A stretch of DNA of 64,000 nucleotides, from assembly GCF_036321535.1 (NCBI RefSeq), contig NC_087436.1, positions 88,910,001 to 88,974,000 on the forward strand, in the 5' to 3' direction. Every line of letters starts with the position of its first letter. The stretch's first letter is position 1. Positions 51,801 to 64,000 of this stretch are shown piece after piece. The notes beneath the pieces were generated by a model. That model had not been told where the DNA came from. It searched no databases and was given only the letters and a program-made list of their open reading frames with translations. The stretch is from Camelus dromedarius. Taxonomy: Eukaryota. The position numbers and the translations under genes were made by a program.

Positions 51801-53407
51801 AAAAAGCCATTATCTTTCAGTAATCTTTTAAAGGAGTTTTTATGAAATTTTTAATATGCCTGTAAGTCACCTGGGGATATTGTTAAATGAAGATTTTAAT
51901 TGGAATTTTAACGAGGGGCCTGAGATTCTGCATTTCTAATACATGCCTGGGTGTTGATGACGCTTAGTCCATGGACCAAATTTCTACGTTGTGAGGTTTT
52001 AAAACAAGAAATGATGTCGTCTGATGTGTTTAGTTCAACTGCAAACAGGTAAGGGGTTATTTCCCAGCAGCATTTTTTTTTAATGGAAACATCTCCTAGG
52101 CAGTTCTTTTGCCAGAATATCCTAAGGGCTGAACTAATTTCCACTGTAGTGGAAACAATGTCTCAGGGTTAAGTTCTGTGGAGAACTGGCTCCTATCATG
52201 ACCTCCTTCAGCATTCAGAGTGTGTGTGTGTGCGCGCGCACAATGCTCGTGTGTTTGTGTACATATGCTTGTTTTTCAACCACTATAGACAAGAGGTCAG
52301 GAGCTCTGGATGCATGCATGGTACAGAGGTGTTCACAGGCAAAGCAAGCACCTCTTGGAGCAGGGGGGGTAACACTCCCTGTTTCACACACAGGTATCTC
52401 ATCAATGATACTTCAGTGTGGGTGGCATTTGATTCTCAGTCTCGGTATCTTCTCTACAGGAGGGACCACAGAAGAGAAGTCCTTCCTGGGAAGAAGCGTG
52501 TATATTCAGGGACTTTCTAAGAGGGCTAATAGCAGCCCTCTCCCATGCTACAGATGCAGTATATAAAATCCCAGAAATACAAAAAACACAATTCAGTGCT
52601 TCCCACCATATATTCTGTGCAACATTACTACTAGAAGACACTTCTCAAATATAGGTATCCATAGTCAGATACTTTTGGAAAACATTAATCTCACAAACGG
52701 ACGTGGAGGTTTAGCTACAGTGATGTTCACTGCAGCAGTGTTTACCACCACCAATGACTGCAGACAACCTAAGCTAATGGTGGATTAGTTACATACATTT
52801 TGGCAATTATTACAATGTAATACAGCAAAACTACTAGAAAAATAAGGAGAGAAGGGGAATGCGATTATGATAAAGTCTTAAGAAAAATGATCATGAAAGT
52901 AAAAGCATGCTGATTTTTGTTTAAAAGGCATATATATATTAATGTGTACAGAAAAAGAGACTTAAAAAAGGCACTAAAGTGTTAACAGTGGCCCACTCTG
53001 GTGGGGTTATTAATAGCACTTAAATTTTCCTCTTTTGGCTTATCTAAAATTTTCTATAATAATACATTTGTAATAAAAATGCAATAAAGAAGATGAATCA
53101 ATGCAGAATATCATATCCAATATGACTTATGATTTTTCACATTTGTATAGTGATTATATGATAAATCTTCAACATTTTATCCCTCATACTCATAAGTAAC
53201 AACAAAAGCTGGCTTAAAAATATATGTACCTAAGAGAAAATATAGTATAATAAATATTTAATTTGGGGCAGGGTGGATGTCTAAGTTTAACACTACTGGC
53301 AGAAATCATAATATTCATAACCTTAATAATAGTCATAATTGACAAGACTGACTTAATAAAAATGCAAAACTCCTCATAAGAGACACCCTAAGCAAAGTTA
53401 AGAGGCT

Positions 53408-54041
53408 GTGGTAGACAGAATTCTAAGGTGGTCCCCAAGATTCCCGGCCCATGCCTGGTGTACATACCTTGTGAGTATGACAGCATCTCACTTCTGTGAC
53501 GGTTACATGATGTCACACGGGAAAGGAGGAAGGATCTGGCAGGTGTAATCAAGTCCCTACCCAGCTGAATCTGAGTTAATGTAAAAGAAGACCCACCTAA
53601 GTAGATGTGACCTCGTCAGGTAAAAAGAGGTGTCAAGACTTCCATAAAGTAAGAGAGGCAATGCTAGAGATTCCACCACTGGCCTTGAAGAAGTGAACCA
53701 CCATGCTGTGGTGAGACCACACGGCAAGGAACAGTGGGCCACTGCTATGAGCTCAGAACAGCCCCAGGCTGACAGCCAGCAAGAAAGCACGGACTTCAGT
53801 CCTACGGCCTCAAGACTCCGACAACCCCAAAACCAGGGAACTAAGAAGAGGACCCTGAGCCTCAGATAAGATCACAGCCCTGACCAGCACCTTAGATTTC
53901 AGCCTGGTGAGAGGCTCTGAGAGGACAGGGCCACCTGCACCCTGAATCCTGAGCCACAGGAGCTGTGGGATGGTATATTTGTGTTGTCTGAAGCCACTAA
54001 ATTTGTGGTAATTTGTTATGCACCAGTAGAAAACTAATACA
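53408..54041 (+). mobile_element. MLT1 (E/F-like) MaLR solo LTR
   Basis: tgtggtagacagaattctaag...aagccactaaatttgtggtaatttgttatgca...aaaactaataca; TG...CA termini. Confidence 0.85.
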
Positions 54042-55499
54042 GTGATAAATGACAAACCAGGAATATATTTGCTACATATAAAGGAAAAGAATAATATCAA
54101 GGTTAATACTGAAATTATTTATCAGCCAGTTCAATACAAGTGCACCGAGGAAAACGGACACTGGCCACAGACAACCTAGACCGGGGCACACAAACAGAAC
54201 ATCAGCCCGGCCTTAATAGATAAAACCATCCTACAGATTCCTAAGAATAAGAAAACCTCATTTGTAAAATAGGAAGATGTGACCACTTTACCAAGGAAAT
54301 TCAAATGGCCAATAAACATAAAAAGTTACACATCTCATTACTAATAAGAGAAAAATTAAGACAATGAAGTGCTAACTGTGTCTACAAAACTCACACAAAT
54401 TAAAAAGGGTAACTTCATCCCATTATGGCTGGGTGGGAAAAATAGGTATTATTTTTCTGGGTTGTGAGAATGTAAATTAGCACAGTATTTTAGAGATAAA
54501 TTCTGTAGGAAATTTGGATCTAGCAAATTTGGATCTAGACCTCTGGGTCTAGCAATACCAATTCTAGACAAGTACATTATAAAACTAACTGCACAAATAT
54601 GTACATACAAAAATGCATATTGCATGATGAATTTTATTTTGTATATCACAATTTTTAACCCTGTCTATCTTCTTGTCTTAAACTCAAAGCTACATAAGAT
54701 CAAGGACTCATGCTACACATTAGGAGTTCACAAAATAGTTGCTGAATGAATAAGTGACGTTCATTCTAAGTACTGTTACAATAGCAAACTAAACTTGACC
54801 ACATACAATGCAATACCATGCATCTAATGTTAAGTCATGGACTGACCTGGAAAAAAGCCCATGAGACATCGTTGAATAAAAAAGCAAATTGCAAAGCAAT
54901 ACTATAACATGTTATAACTTATCAAAGAGAAATGTGCAAATATTATGTTCACCTCTACAGGAGGAATATGCATAAAGAAACGGATGGTTCTGTCTCCTCA
55001 AATTATTAATGGTGGTTAACCTCTAAGTTAATTTGTCTTGGACCCTTTTCAGAATTAATTCCATAGGAGTACACTTACTTTTATAAACAATAAAATTAAT
55101 GAAATTCTTTTTTTAAAGAAAACTTTCAATTTATATATTTACTTCCTTAGCCTCAGAAGGTCAGCTCATCTTATTTCGTCTTAAATTAGACATTCTTAGT
55201 CAAAAACCAATGGATAACCATGGGCTGAATGATGGGGTAACAGAGAGACTGTCATCCCTTTGGCATTATTTTCAAAATATTTTTCAGGGATATGGTCCAT
55301 ACAATTTCATTTGATTCTGAAAAGTATCAGCAATGTAATATCATTGTCACCATATCCAACCCCCAACCTACAAAAGGAACGGCAATTTACTTTCCTTTTA
55401 GAGAAATCAGGGGAGGAAAAAAGAAAGAAAAAGAAAAGAAACCATGGCAGTAGACTCTTTGACCTACTCTTTTTACCTACTAACTTTTTTTTGTGTATA

Positions 55500-55516
<17 letters not shown>

Positions 55517-55533
<17 letters not shown>

Positions 55534-55662
55534 TTACTGAAGAAGGGGGTAGGAAGGGATAAATTGGGAGTTTGAAATTTGCAGATACTAACTACTATAT
55601 ATAATAAACAGATAAACAACAAGTTCATACTGTATAACACAGGGAACTATATGCAATATTTT
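55517..55662. mobile_element. Short L1 3'-end insertion with internal inversion, next to a (TA)n tract
   Basis: Poly-T plus actgaag (antisense L1 terminus) joined to sense L1 3' UTR gggataaattgggagtttg...cacagggaactata. Confidence 0.6.
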
Positions 55663-55813
55663 AAAGGGACAACAATGAAGCTTATTGCCCATTTGGAGGA
55701 GTTAAGTACCCAATTATTAAACATAGCACTTCTATGCCAGAATTACCAAATCTTTAAGTAGGTGCAACAATGACCAATCTTAAGGCTAGTTTTCTCAGAA
55801 ACCCAACACTTAC

Positions 55814-56066
55814 CATTTTCTTCATGGCAGTAATCAAAACCTGCCACACTACAGCTTCGAAAAACCATCTTATTCTCAGTGAGGGTTCCTGTCTTATCAG
55901 AAAAGAGGTATTGAATCTGTCCAAGATCCTCAGTGATGTTCAGGGCTCGGCACTGAATAGTAGAATCCATTTTCTCGTTGTAGAAATCCACATCGTTCTG
56001 AATAAAGTATATTTGTCCAAGCTTCACAATTTCAATGGAAACGTAGAGAGAAATGGGAATCAAGAC
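55814..56066 (-). CDS. ATP10D: ATP10D exon 9 equivalent (TM4 PISL motif and DKTGT phosphorylation site)
   Basis: ttcttag|[15 protein letters not shown]...[32 protein letters not shown]|gtaagt; 253 nt. Confidence 0.98.
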
Positions 56067-56181
56067 CTAAGAAGAACCAATTTAAAAACTGTTAAAGGGG
56101 AAAAGAAAGGATGATAAACCAAATGTAGCTGGATAAGTCGCAAAGATATTAAAATTCTGTCATAAGCCCAAGAGAAATTAC

Positions 56182-56309
56182 CTGTAACAAAATGATCATG
56201 GTCCAAAACATATAGAATCCTGCCAACAATGGCGATATGACATGTCCATCAGGATCAGGGATATTGAAAAAGGGTATGTGTTCATATCGGCTCAGCCAGA
56301 TTCCGTGAC
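56182..56309 (-). CDS. ATP10D: ATP10D exon 8 equivalent
   Basis: tttgaaag|(G)HGIWLSRYEHIPFFNIPDPDGHVISPLLAGFYMFWTMIILLQ|gtaatt; 128 nt. Confidence 0.95.
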
Positions 56310-56719
56310 CTTTCAAAAAACACAGACATCAAAAGGATGCTACATATACACTATGCAAATACAGAACTTTATTTCTAAAGAAAGCGGGATAAGAGTATTT
56401 ACTTTGGCTGAACACCAAGTGTTTGTTTTGAGAAATAAATTCAAATTAAAAAGGCTGCACATTCTTCTGTCTCAGTCTCTCTCTTTACACCTCTTCCTAG
56501 GTCCCTTTAGTACTGTGACTACATGTAACTGGATATAATCAATATTAATGCTTTTCAGGTTGGAGAATGAGAGAGATGAAGATGTGAAGAAAGCATTATT
56601 GGCAAATAAAACCTTCACAGAAGTCAAACTTAAACTCATAAATATCATTTTGAAAATAAAACACATTTAAATTAATATCTTGCTGAAAAGATGTCAGGAA
56701 ATAATCAAATTCTACCTAC

Positions 56720-56851
56720 CCAATGCACCAGTTAAACACATTATAACCAAAAGCAGGATACACCAGAGGACGTCTGTATTTGCTCTTCTCTCTAATTTGC
56801 TCCGCTTATACCTTGGCCCACTGTTGTTCAGCATTGCTTTGGTTTCATGGC
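56720..56851 (-). CDS. ATP10D: ATP10D exon 7 equivalent (TM3)
   Basis: atatag|(G)[43 protein letters not shown]|gtaggt; 132 nt. Confidence 0.95.
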
Positions 56852-57123
56852 CTATATGGGTAACACAGTATGCCAGAAAATGTGCAAGTTAAAGCCAGGT
56901 AGCAAACATCGTCTTTTAAAAACTCTCCAGTAGACAATCTGATAAAAAGCAGTCACATAACATATTTTGTTAATTTAGTTTGCTTTCGTGATCCATTTAG
57001 AAAAACAGAAACCAAAGACTAGGGTTTCCTTTTCTGCTTCTGGAAATTGTATTTTGAGTAAACAGGAAAAGTTAACTTGCAGAAAAGCCCAGAGGAGACA
57101 GTGGTGAAAAGTCAGTAACCAAC

Positions 57124-57230
57124 CTGCATAAACCACGATGCCCATGACAGCTTCCGTGTTTCTGATGGTGCATCCTCTAAGTAATAAATTCTCTTTACTG
57201 AGACCCACACGTTCTTTGTTAGAATGTTCT
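57124..57230 (-). CDS. ATP10D: ATP10D exon 6 equivalent
   Basis: cttacag|[35 protein letters not shown](G)|gttggt; 107 nt; P4-ATPase LLRG motif. Confidence 0.95.
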
Positions 57231-57559
57231 CTGTAAGAAAGACAGCATACAGATTTATTTTTAAACAGCAAAAATGGGAATGTAAAAATAAAAATCACGA
57301 TTTTTGAGTTTTCCTGATTGGAGTATGAGGTTAGGCAGTTCACAGGAAAAGTTTCAAATCTCTGATGCATTGTTTTTGTTATTTCAGGGAAAAAGATGCA
57401 AAGGATTTCTAACTCTGTTTTCTATTATTCATTGTTTCTCAACTTCTAGTCCTACAGATCTAAAAAATACTCGAAATAAACTGCTTTTTTAGCAGAAATT
57501 GTATTTTGGGGTAACTTAATAGCTGATGAGGGAAAAGTTCTTGATGGAATTAGAAAATT

Positions 57560-58570
57560 ACCCTTTTCAATCCAGCTGAAATCAACGACCATCAATGATG
57601 ATCAGCGGCTGCTAAAACCGTTTGGTGGAAGGCTGGTGGGGAACTTACGATGAAAGCATGAGGCTGACGACACCAATCTTAACAGAACTACCAATGGACA
57701 AGGGGACATCCTGGGCCTCCACATGGTAAGGGATAGAAAATGACCATCTCCTTGGGAACCTAATCAAGCCTTTATAAGGGCAAATCAGACTAGGGTCTGT
57801 AGCACCAGGGGACCTGTGAAGCCTTTGAAATTGTATGCAGTATTTCCCTGTGTGTGTCTATGTATGCAGATGCATATACACTTGTCATTTTCTAGGACAG
57901 AAACCATTTGTTTCATAAGATTCTGAAAGTGCCTCTGGGCAGTTTTCAGGAAGTAAGGCCAGAAAAACATGTTAGCCACCACTACAAGGATGCAGTCGGC
58001 CAAATCTACCAAATCTGCAGTGGTAACCTTTGTAGGCAAAATGACCTGGTTTATTCAACAAATGAGTAGCATGGGGGGGGTGCAAAAGGACAGGGTGGGG
58101 GACTTGACACAGGAAAGATGCTCAGCTAGATCTAGAATGTGATGAATTCTACAAGTTACATGATCCAATTTCTTAGGAGGGGAAATTTAGGGACCGATCA
58201 ACCAAATGCAACACGCAGAACTTTGTTTTGATTCTGGTTAGAATATACTGAAGAAAAAAAATTTTTTGAGAAATTTGAACAAAGACTAGGTATTAGTGCT
58301 ATCAAGAAACTTCTTAATTTAGTTAGATGTGATAATGATGTTGTGACTATGTTTTTTTTTAATGTCCTTTTCTGCTACTCCTATACTCATAGTGAAGTAC
58401 TTACTGTAAAATGATGTTATGTAGGGATGTGGAAGGAAGTGGGAAGATAACTGAAACAAAGTTGGCAAAATTATGAAATAGTTAAAACTGGGTGAGGGCC
58501 TAGGGGTGTTCATTATACTTTTCTCCCTGCTTCCACATGTTTCAAATCTTCTGTAATAAACATTTTTAAA
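57560..58570 (+). mobile_element. Old L1 (L1MC/ME-like) 3' fragments
   Basis: aaccaaatgcaac...ctttgttttgattctgg...ctgggtgaggg...gttcattatact. Confidence 0.55.
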
Positions 58571-60409
58571 ATTGTCAAAGCAATTGTTTGATTAAATTAC
58601 TACAGTGGCAAAAAATACAAACTGATTGGAAAAAAATTTTAAATGAGCAAAAAGTATTTCACATATTTTGTGAAAATGCATTATTAATTTCAGCATTAAA
58701 ATTAGTTTTTCAAGCAATATACTTCAGTCTATAAGTTGTTTCTTCTTTGTACATATAGAAAAATTGTCACTGTATTTGCCATCCTTGCTACCTGGAATTA
58801 GAAGAAAAAGAAAATAAAAGCTCTTCAAAGAAGGTTTCATACCACAAAGGAGGAGAAAAATAGGTTTGTCATTTCACTCCTCTAACTTGTAAAGCACTCT
58901 CTTCTAAGACGTGTGTGTTTACATTCCTTCAAATATATGGGTTTATGTACAGAGAGGCAACCACAGGGTCATAGAACTAGCAGTGTCCTTGAGTTTAATT
59001 CTACTTCCTGGATTTACAGATGAGGAAATTAAATCCCAACATTCACATTCCCATGTACCATTCCCAAGCAAGCATCACACAATCCTCATTAATAGAGCAT
59101 GTGTTATCCCTAGCACTTTATAGGAACAGATATAACATACAGAAGCATCAGTTCCAAAGTTCCTTAGTGCATCAAGGTTTTTCACCCTGGGATCCTTATG
59201 TTTCACCATTACATCACTCTAGGTTACCATCATTACATCAAAGCCTAGCTGTTATCTTGATTGCACCTGCTCCAAACTCTCAATACATCCTGCACTTGAT
59301 GGGTGTGTATTTGGCACTTAGGGCGTGGGATTCTATGTGAGACACTGACTGTCCACGGAGCTCTTAACCATTCAAGAGCCTACATAACATCCACCGTGTG
59401 CCCAGCACTCTGACCCAGATGCTGAGGACAGAAAAGCAAACTTACACAGTCTTGGCTCCTGTGGTCTAAGAGGAGGTGACTGATAACAGAAATATATAAG
59501 TGTAATAAAAATTTTACTACATCTACTATGATAGATATCTGATATTCAGAATACAAAGTGGGCACAAATAGGGAAGGTCAGAGTAAGATTAGCGAAGCCA
59601 TCAAAATCCCATCAAGAGTGGGCTTGAGCATCTCAATTTTTGCTGATTTTAAAGAGAATAGACCACACATTGGGGAAACGGTAAGGAGCTAGTTCAGCAG
59701 ATAAAAGTAATTCCACAAAAAATTACTGTACCCACCTGGGCTGATTCTACTAACTTTACATGCTCTGAGTCAGATTCTGTGCAGAGATCTATGTTCCAAA
59801 TCACACAGTGATAGACTGAGTTCCTCCCTATTCCTTCCTGTCTATAATTGTGCTAGAAGCAAGTATGATCTTCTTAGGGGAGTCAGTTTCCAGTGATGGG
59901 TGGTACAAGCTGGACTGAGGTCCTGAGGTGCCGGTCAAAAATGGCAGCCCCTTAGTCTGACATCCACAAGAGGAAATTTTATAATAATCAGCAGCTGGAA
60001 AAATAATACCAGAAAATGACTCATCCTAAGAGATGGCTTACGAGCATGTTTCTGGTGACAGGGGCATCTGCTAACGTCTCTTCATGATCTCACCTCTTTA
60101 TGATCTACCTTACTGCTCACCTACTCCAAACATATTTAACCACTTATAACTCCACAAATGCACCATGGTCTCAGGCTTCTATGCCATTGCCTGTGTTGCT
60201 CCCTTAACCTGGAATATCAGCCATTCTTTCCATTTAGTTGCCTGCCTGGCATCTTCTTATTCTTGATGATTTAATTCTGGCATTCTCTCTTTATGTGGAC
60301 CAAGCCTGCCCCTTTTCCCATTGCATAGCCCCTGTCCCTGCCCTACCGTCTGCCTGTATCAGGTGCTACTTAAAGATGCTACCACTATGTTCTAAACTTT
60401 CTTCCATGA

Positions 60410-62830
60410 TAACTTTTTCTCTAAAATTTAAAGTGTAAAAATGGATATTTTGATGTTTCCCCTGTGAAGCCATCACCACAATCAGGAAAGTGAACATATC
60501 CATCATTCCCCAAAGTTTCCTCATGCCTTTTTGTAATCCATTCTTCCCACCTGCCCCCCGATCCCAGGTACCCACTAACCTGCTTTCTATCATTATAAAT
60601 TAGCTTTCATTTTTGAAGATTATATAAATCAAATCCTATGTATTCTTTTTGGCCTGGCTTCTTCCACTCAACATAATTATTTTGAGATGCATCCACATGG
60701 CTGCATGTATTGCTAGTGAATTCCTTTTTGCTGCGGGGTAGTATTCCTTGTATGGATACTCCACCATTTGTTTATCCACTTACCTGTTGATGGATATCTG
60801 GATTGTTTCTAGTCTCAGGCTATTACAAGGCTGTTTTGCTTGTTTGTGTACAGATTAGTACATGGATAAATGTTTTCTTTTCTCTTGGGTAACTACTTAG
60901 GAGTGGGATGTCCACGTCATATGGTGAATGTGTATTTAACTTTTAAGGAAATTTCCAAACTATTTTCTAAAGTGGTTGCTGCATTTTCCATTCCTACCAA
61001 CAGTATTGGAGTGTTCCAGTTCCTCTACATTCTTGTGAAGAGTTGGTACAGTAGGTCCTTTTAATTTAGCAGTTGTAGCTCTATGGTTTTAACTTGCATC
61101 TTTTCACACAGGTATTTGTCATTTATGTATCTTCTTTGATGAAATGTCTGTTCAATTTTTTTTTTTACCATTTAAAAAGCTGTATTATTTGCCTACTTAT
61201 TACTGAGTTTTGATATATTCTAAATACAAGTCCTCTATCAGATACATGCACTGCAAATATTCTCCTCCAGTCTGTGACTCATTTTCATTCACTTAGTAAT
61301 GTCATTTGAAGAGAATAAATTTCTAATTTTGATGAAGCTCTTTTATTTACTTATTTTTGTTCTTCTATGGATTGTGCTTTTGGTGTTATATCTAAGAAAT
61401 CTTCGCTTAATCCAAGATACCAAAGATCTCCCCTATGTTTTCTTCTAAGTTTTATAATTTCAGGCTTACATTTAAGTACAGGATCCATTTTTAGTTAATT
61501 ATTTTAAGTGGTGAGAGGTCTGGATTGAGGGTTTGTTTTTTGTTTTTTTTTTTGAGTATGGATGTCTAATTACTGCAGCATCAATTGTTAAAACGACTTA
61601 ACACTTCTCCACTAAACTGCCTTTGCATCTTGTCAAAAGCCAGTAGTCCCTAAGTGTCTGGGTCGATTTCTGGAGTCTAGAATCTTTTCCAGTGACCTGC
61701 TGGTCTACCTTTGTGCCAAAGTGAAGCCAGGCGGTGTTAGCTCTCCACATGTGTTCTTCTTTTTCACAGTAGTTTTAGTTAGATGAGTTCTGTGCATCTC
61801 CACATAAATTTTTACAATAAACCTGTCAATTTCTTCAAAAATTATCCTTGCTGGGATTTCAGCTGGGATTACACTGAATCTATAGATCAAGATGAGGAAA
61901 AACTGACATCCTAACAATACTGAGTCTTTCAATGTATGTACAACGTATGTCTCTCCATTTAGTTAGCTCTTCGGTTTCTCTCAACAGTGTTCAGTGGTTT
62001 TCAGCGTTCAGGTCTTTCACATCTTTTGTCAGATTTATTCTTAAATATTTCATTTTTTCTGATGCTACTATAAATTGATTTTTTAAAAAAATTTCAATAT
62101 CTGTTCATTGCTAATATACAGAAATATAATTGATTTTTGTACACTGATCTTATTTCCTACAAAATTGCTAACCTCATTTATTAATTCTAGTAGCTTTTTT
62201 GTAGATTTCATCAGGTTTTCTACAAAGACCATCATACCATCTATGAATAAAAGACAGTTTTACTTCTTTATTATTTGATGATTTTACTTCCTTTTCTTTC
62301 TTGACTACATTAGTCAGAACCTCCAGGAGAGTCTTGAATAAAAGTGGTGAGAGACAATATCCAGGTCTTGTTCCTGATCTGAGGGGAAAAGTGTTTAGTC
62401 TTTCAACAATAAGTAGAGTTTTTTTTTAAATAAACACTTTTCATCAGGTTGAGAAATTTCCGTTTTTTATTTTTTCAGTTTGCAAGAATGGAAGTTAGAG
62501 TCTTTCAAATGCTTTTTCTATGACCACGAGATTGTCACCTGGTTTTTCTTTTTTTAGTTTGAATACAGGAAATTACATTGCTTGATCTTCTAATGCTAAG
62601 CCAAGCCTACATTTTTGGTATAGGTCTCACTGAGTCATTACGTATTATCCTTTTATGTATTGTTGAGTTTGATTTGCTATAATTTTGTGTAAATTTTTTG
62701 CATCTGTGTTCATAAGGGATATTAATCTTCCCCTAAATCCCTTCATATTCTCTTGATATCAGGTTAATGGTAACAGGATAATTCTGGTCTCAAAAAATGA
62801 GTTAGGAACTTTTTTCTTCTCTACCATTTT
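60410..62830 (-). mobile_element. Old LINE-1 (L1MB/MC-like), 3' UTR and degenerate ORF2
   Basis: catcaccacaatcagg..., ccatttgtttatccacttacctgttgatgga, ttgctgggattt...tgaatctatagatcaa, tcttgttcctgatctgaggggaaaa. Confidence 0.88.
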
Positions 62831-63476
62831 CTCACAAGATCACCACTATGAAGTAGGTCTAATTGACTCCTCTTAAAAATCAGGAAGGATCAAAAAGAGT
62901 CAGTAACTTGGCTCAAAAAATAGAGCACTTAAGTGGCAGAAGCCAGCCTGAAGTCAGGTAAGACCCTAAATTCTAGCTGCCCTTGGAAAGAGATGTGGAT
63001 GCCACAGGAAGCCTCCAGAATGAAAACCGTTGTGGCTTTCCATAACTTTTCTTAGATGTGTTTCAAAATCATTGACTAACTTACCAAGTGAACTGTCCAC
63101 CTGCCACTCTAATTCTAATGGGGTAGAAGGACACCATCCTGTCATGTCACTTAAGCTGTCAGGCCTGTCCAAACACTTCCTTCCAAATAACTAACATGTC
63201 CTGGGCTTAACTTTGGAGCTCACATAAGACATCCATACACTTCTGAAAGAAATTCTAGGATTATTTTAAGAACAAGGCTTTGTTGTTGTTTTAAATATAT
63301 ACAAAGGTTAATATTTATCAAATAATTAAAATAAGCCAAATTTATAGGTGGCTTAGCCTTTACTGATTTAACTTGGGTATAAGTACACAACACAAAAGGT
63401 TTTTTGTTTTTTTTGGAGTTAAATATAATCAACATACAATTCCATTCACACCCACAATTAGTCATGTATCACTCAC

Positions 63477-63562
63477 AGGAAGCCTCGGAATCTGTTGAGG
63501 TCATTGTTTGGACTTTCACATTCTATCCTGCTGGAGAATTTTTCAGGATCAACTTCAGAGTC
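63477..63562 (-). CDS. ATP10D: ATP10D exon (human exon 5 equivalent), actuator domain
   Basis: ttttcag|DSEVDPEKFSSRIECESPNNDLNRFRGF(L)|gtgagt; 86 nt. Confidence 0.93.
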
Positions 63563-64000
63563 CTGAAAATATAGTTTTTAAAAATCACAAAACAAAAATT
63601 CAAGGTTATATCTTGAGGTTTAAGTGTTTATCCTTTCACCAATTTTTAAAATAACACTAAGGCATTCTTGTCACAAAATTTATGTCACAAATTGCCCAAA
63701 TGAAGGAAAGTACAGACATAATTATTAATGAATATATGAGATCGTAATGGTCCTAGAACATTAATAAACATCTTCAGGTGATAAGAATGTCTGAATCATA
63801 TACTGGAATCCATGCAGTTCTCCCTGCAGAAGACAACTTCTTTCTACTCATACAGTGCACACTCTTATCCAGAAGACACTGAAAAGCTGAATATATTTTT
63901 GTCGTTATTCTTTAAACCATATAGGTAGTTTCTGAGATTAAGTGTACATATATATGAGTACTCTGATAATGTATACATTTGATCTCAGCAAATTTAAAAA

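Noticed and set aside
26595..56312. Three AAG acceptors (exon 8, 16 and 17 equivalents) as non-canonical splicing
   Set aside because: AAG is an uncommon but normal U2 acceptor; phases are consistent.
9253..63562. ATP10D as a complete pseudogene
   Set aside because: All internal exons are in frame with canonical splice sites and intact DKTGT, KGAD, TGD and GDGAND motifs; only the cytosolic tail is disrupted.
9253..63562. Assignment to ATP10A or ATP10B
   Set aside because: Paralog-specific regions (exons 10 and 12, tail) and convergent adjacency to CORIN match ATP10D.
1..64000. CRISPR arrays, rRNA or prokaryote-type systems
   Set aside because: Intron-rich mammalian DNA; no repeat-spacer arrays, operons or rRNA-like sequence seen.

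Overview
Mammalian genomic DNA, most likely a camelid (two Vic-1-like tRNA-derived SINEs and artiodactyl-type L1 3' ends). It contains two convergent genes. On + is the terminal coding exon of CORIN (4964-5146; GDSGGP catalytic-Ser motif through stop) and its 3' UTR. On - are 19 coding exons of the P4-ATPase lipid flippase ATP10D (63562 to 9253, equivalent to human exons 5-23). All ATP10D introns are GT-AG with matching phases, and the spliced ORF is open for 1106 codons in this window. The most notable observation is that ATP10D stops only 22 codons into its last exon. The ancestral ~90-aa C-terminal tail survives in the 3' UTR as a decayed fossil with several lesions. A second is a local CpG/GC-rich patch (~38140-39500) spanning exons 12-13 and an intronic MIR, with GC-ward amino-acid changes suggestive of GC-biased gene conversion or an intragenic CpG island. 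The remainder is intronic DNA with L1, L2, MIR, MaLR and MER/Tigger elements. Ortholog and repeat-consensus comparisons are from memory, not database searches; repeat boundaries are approximate. No RNA genes or CRISPR arrays were found.
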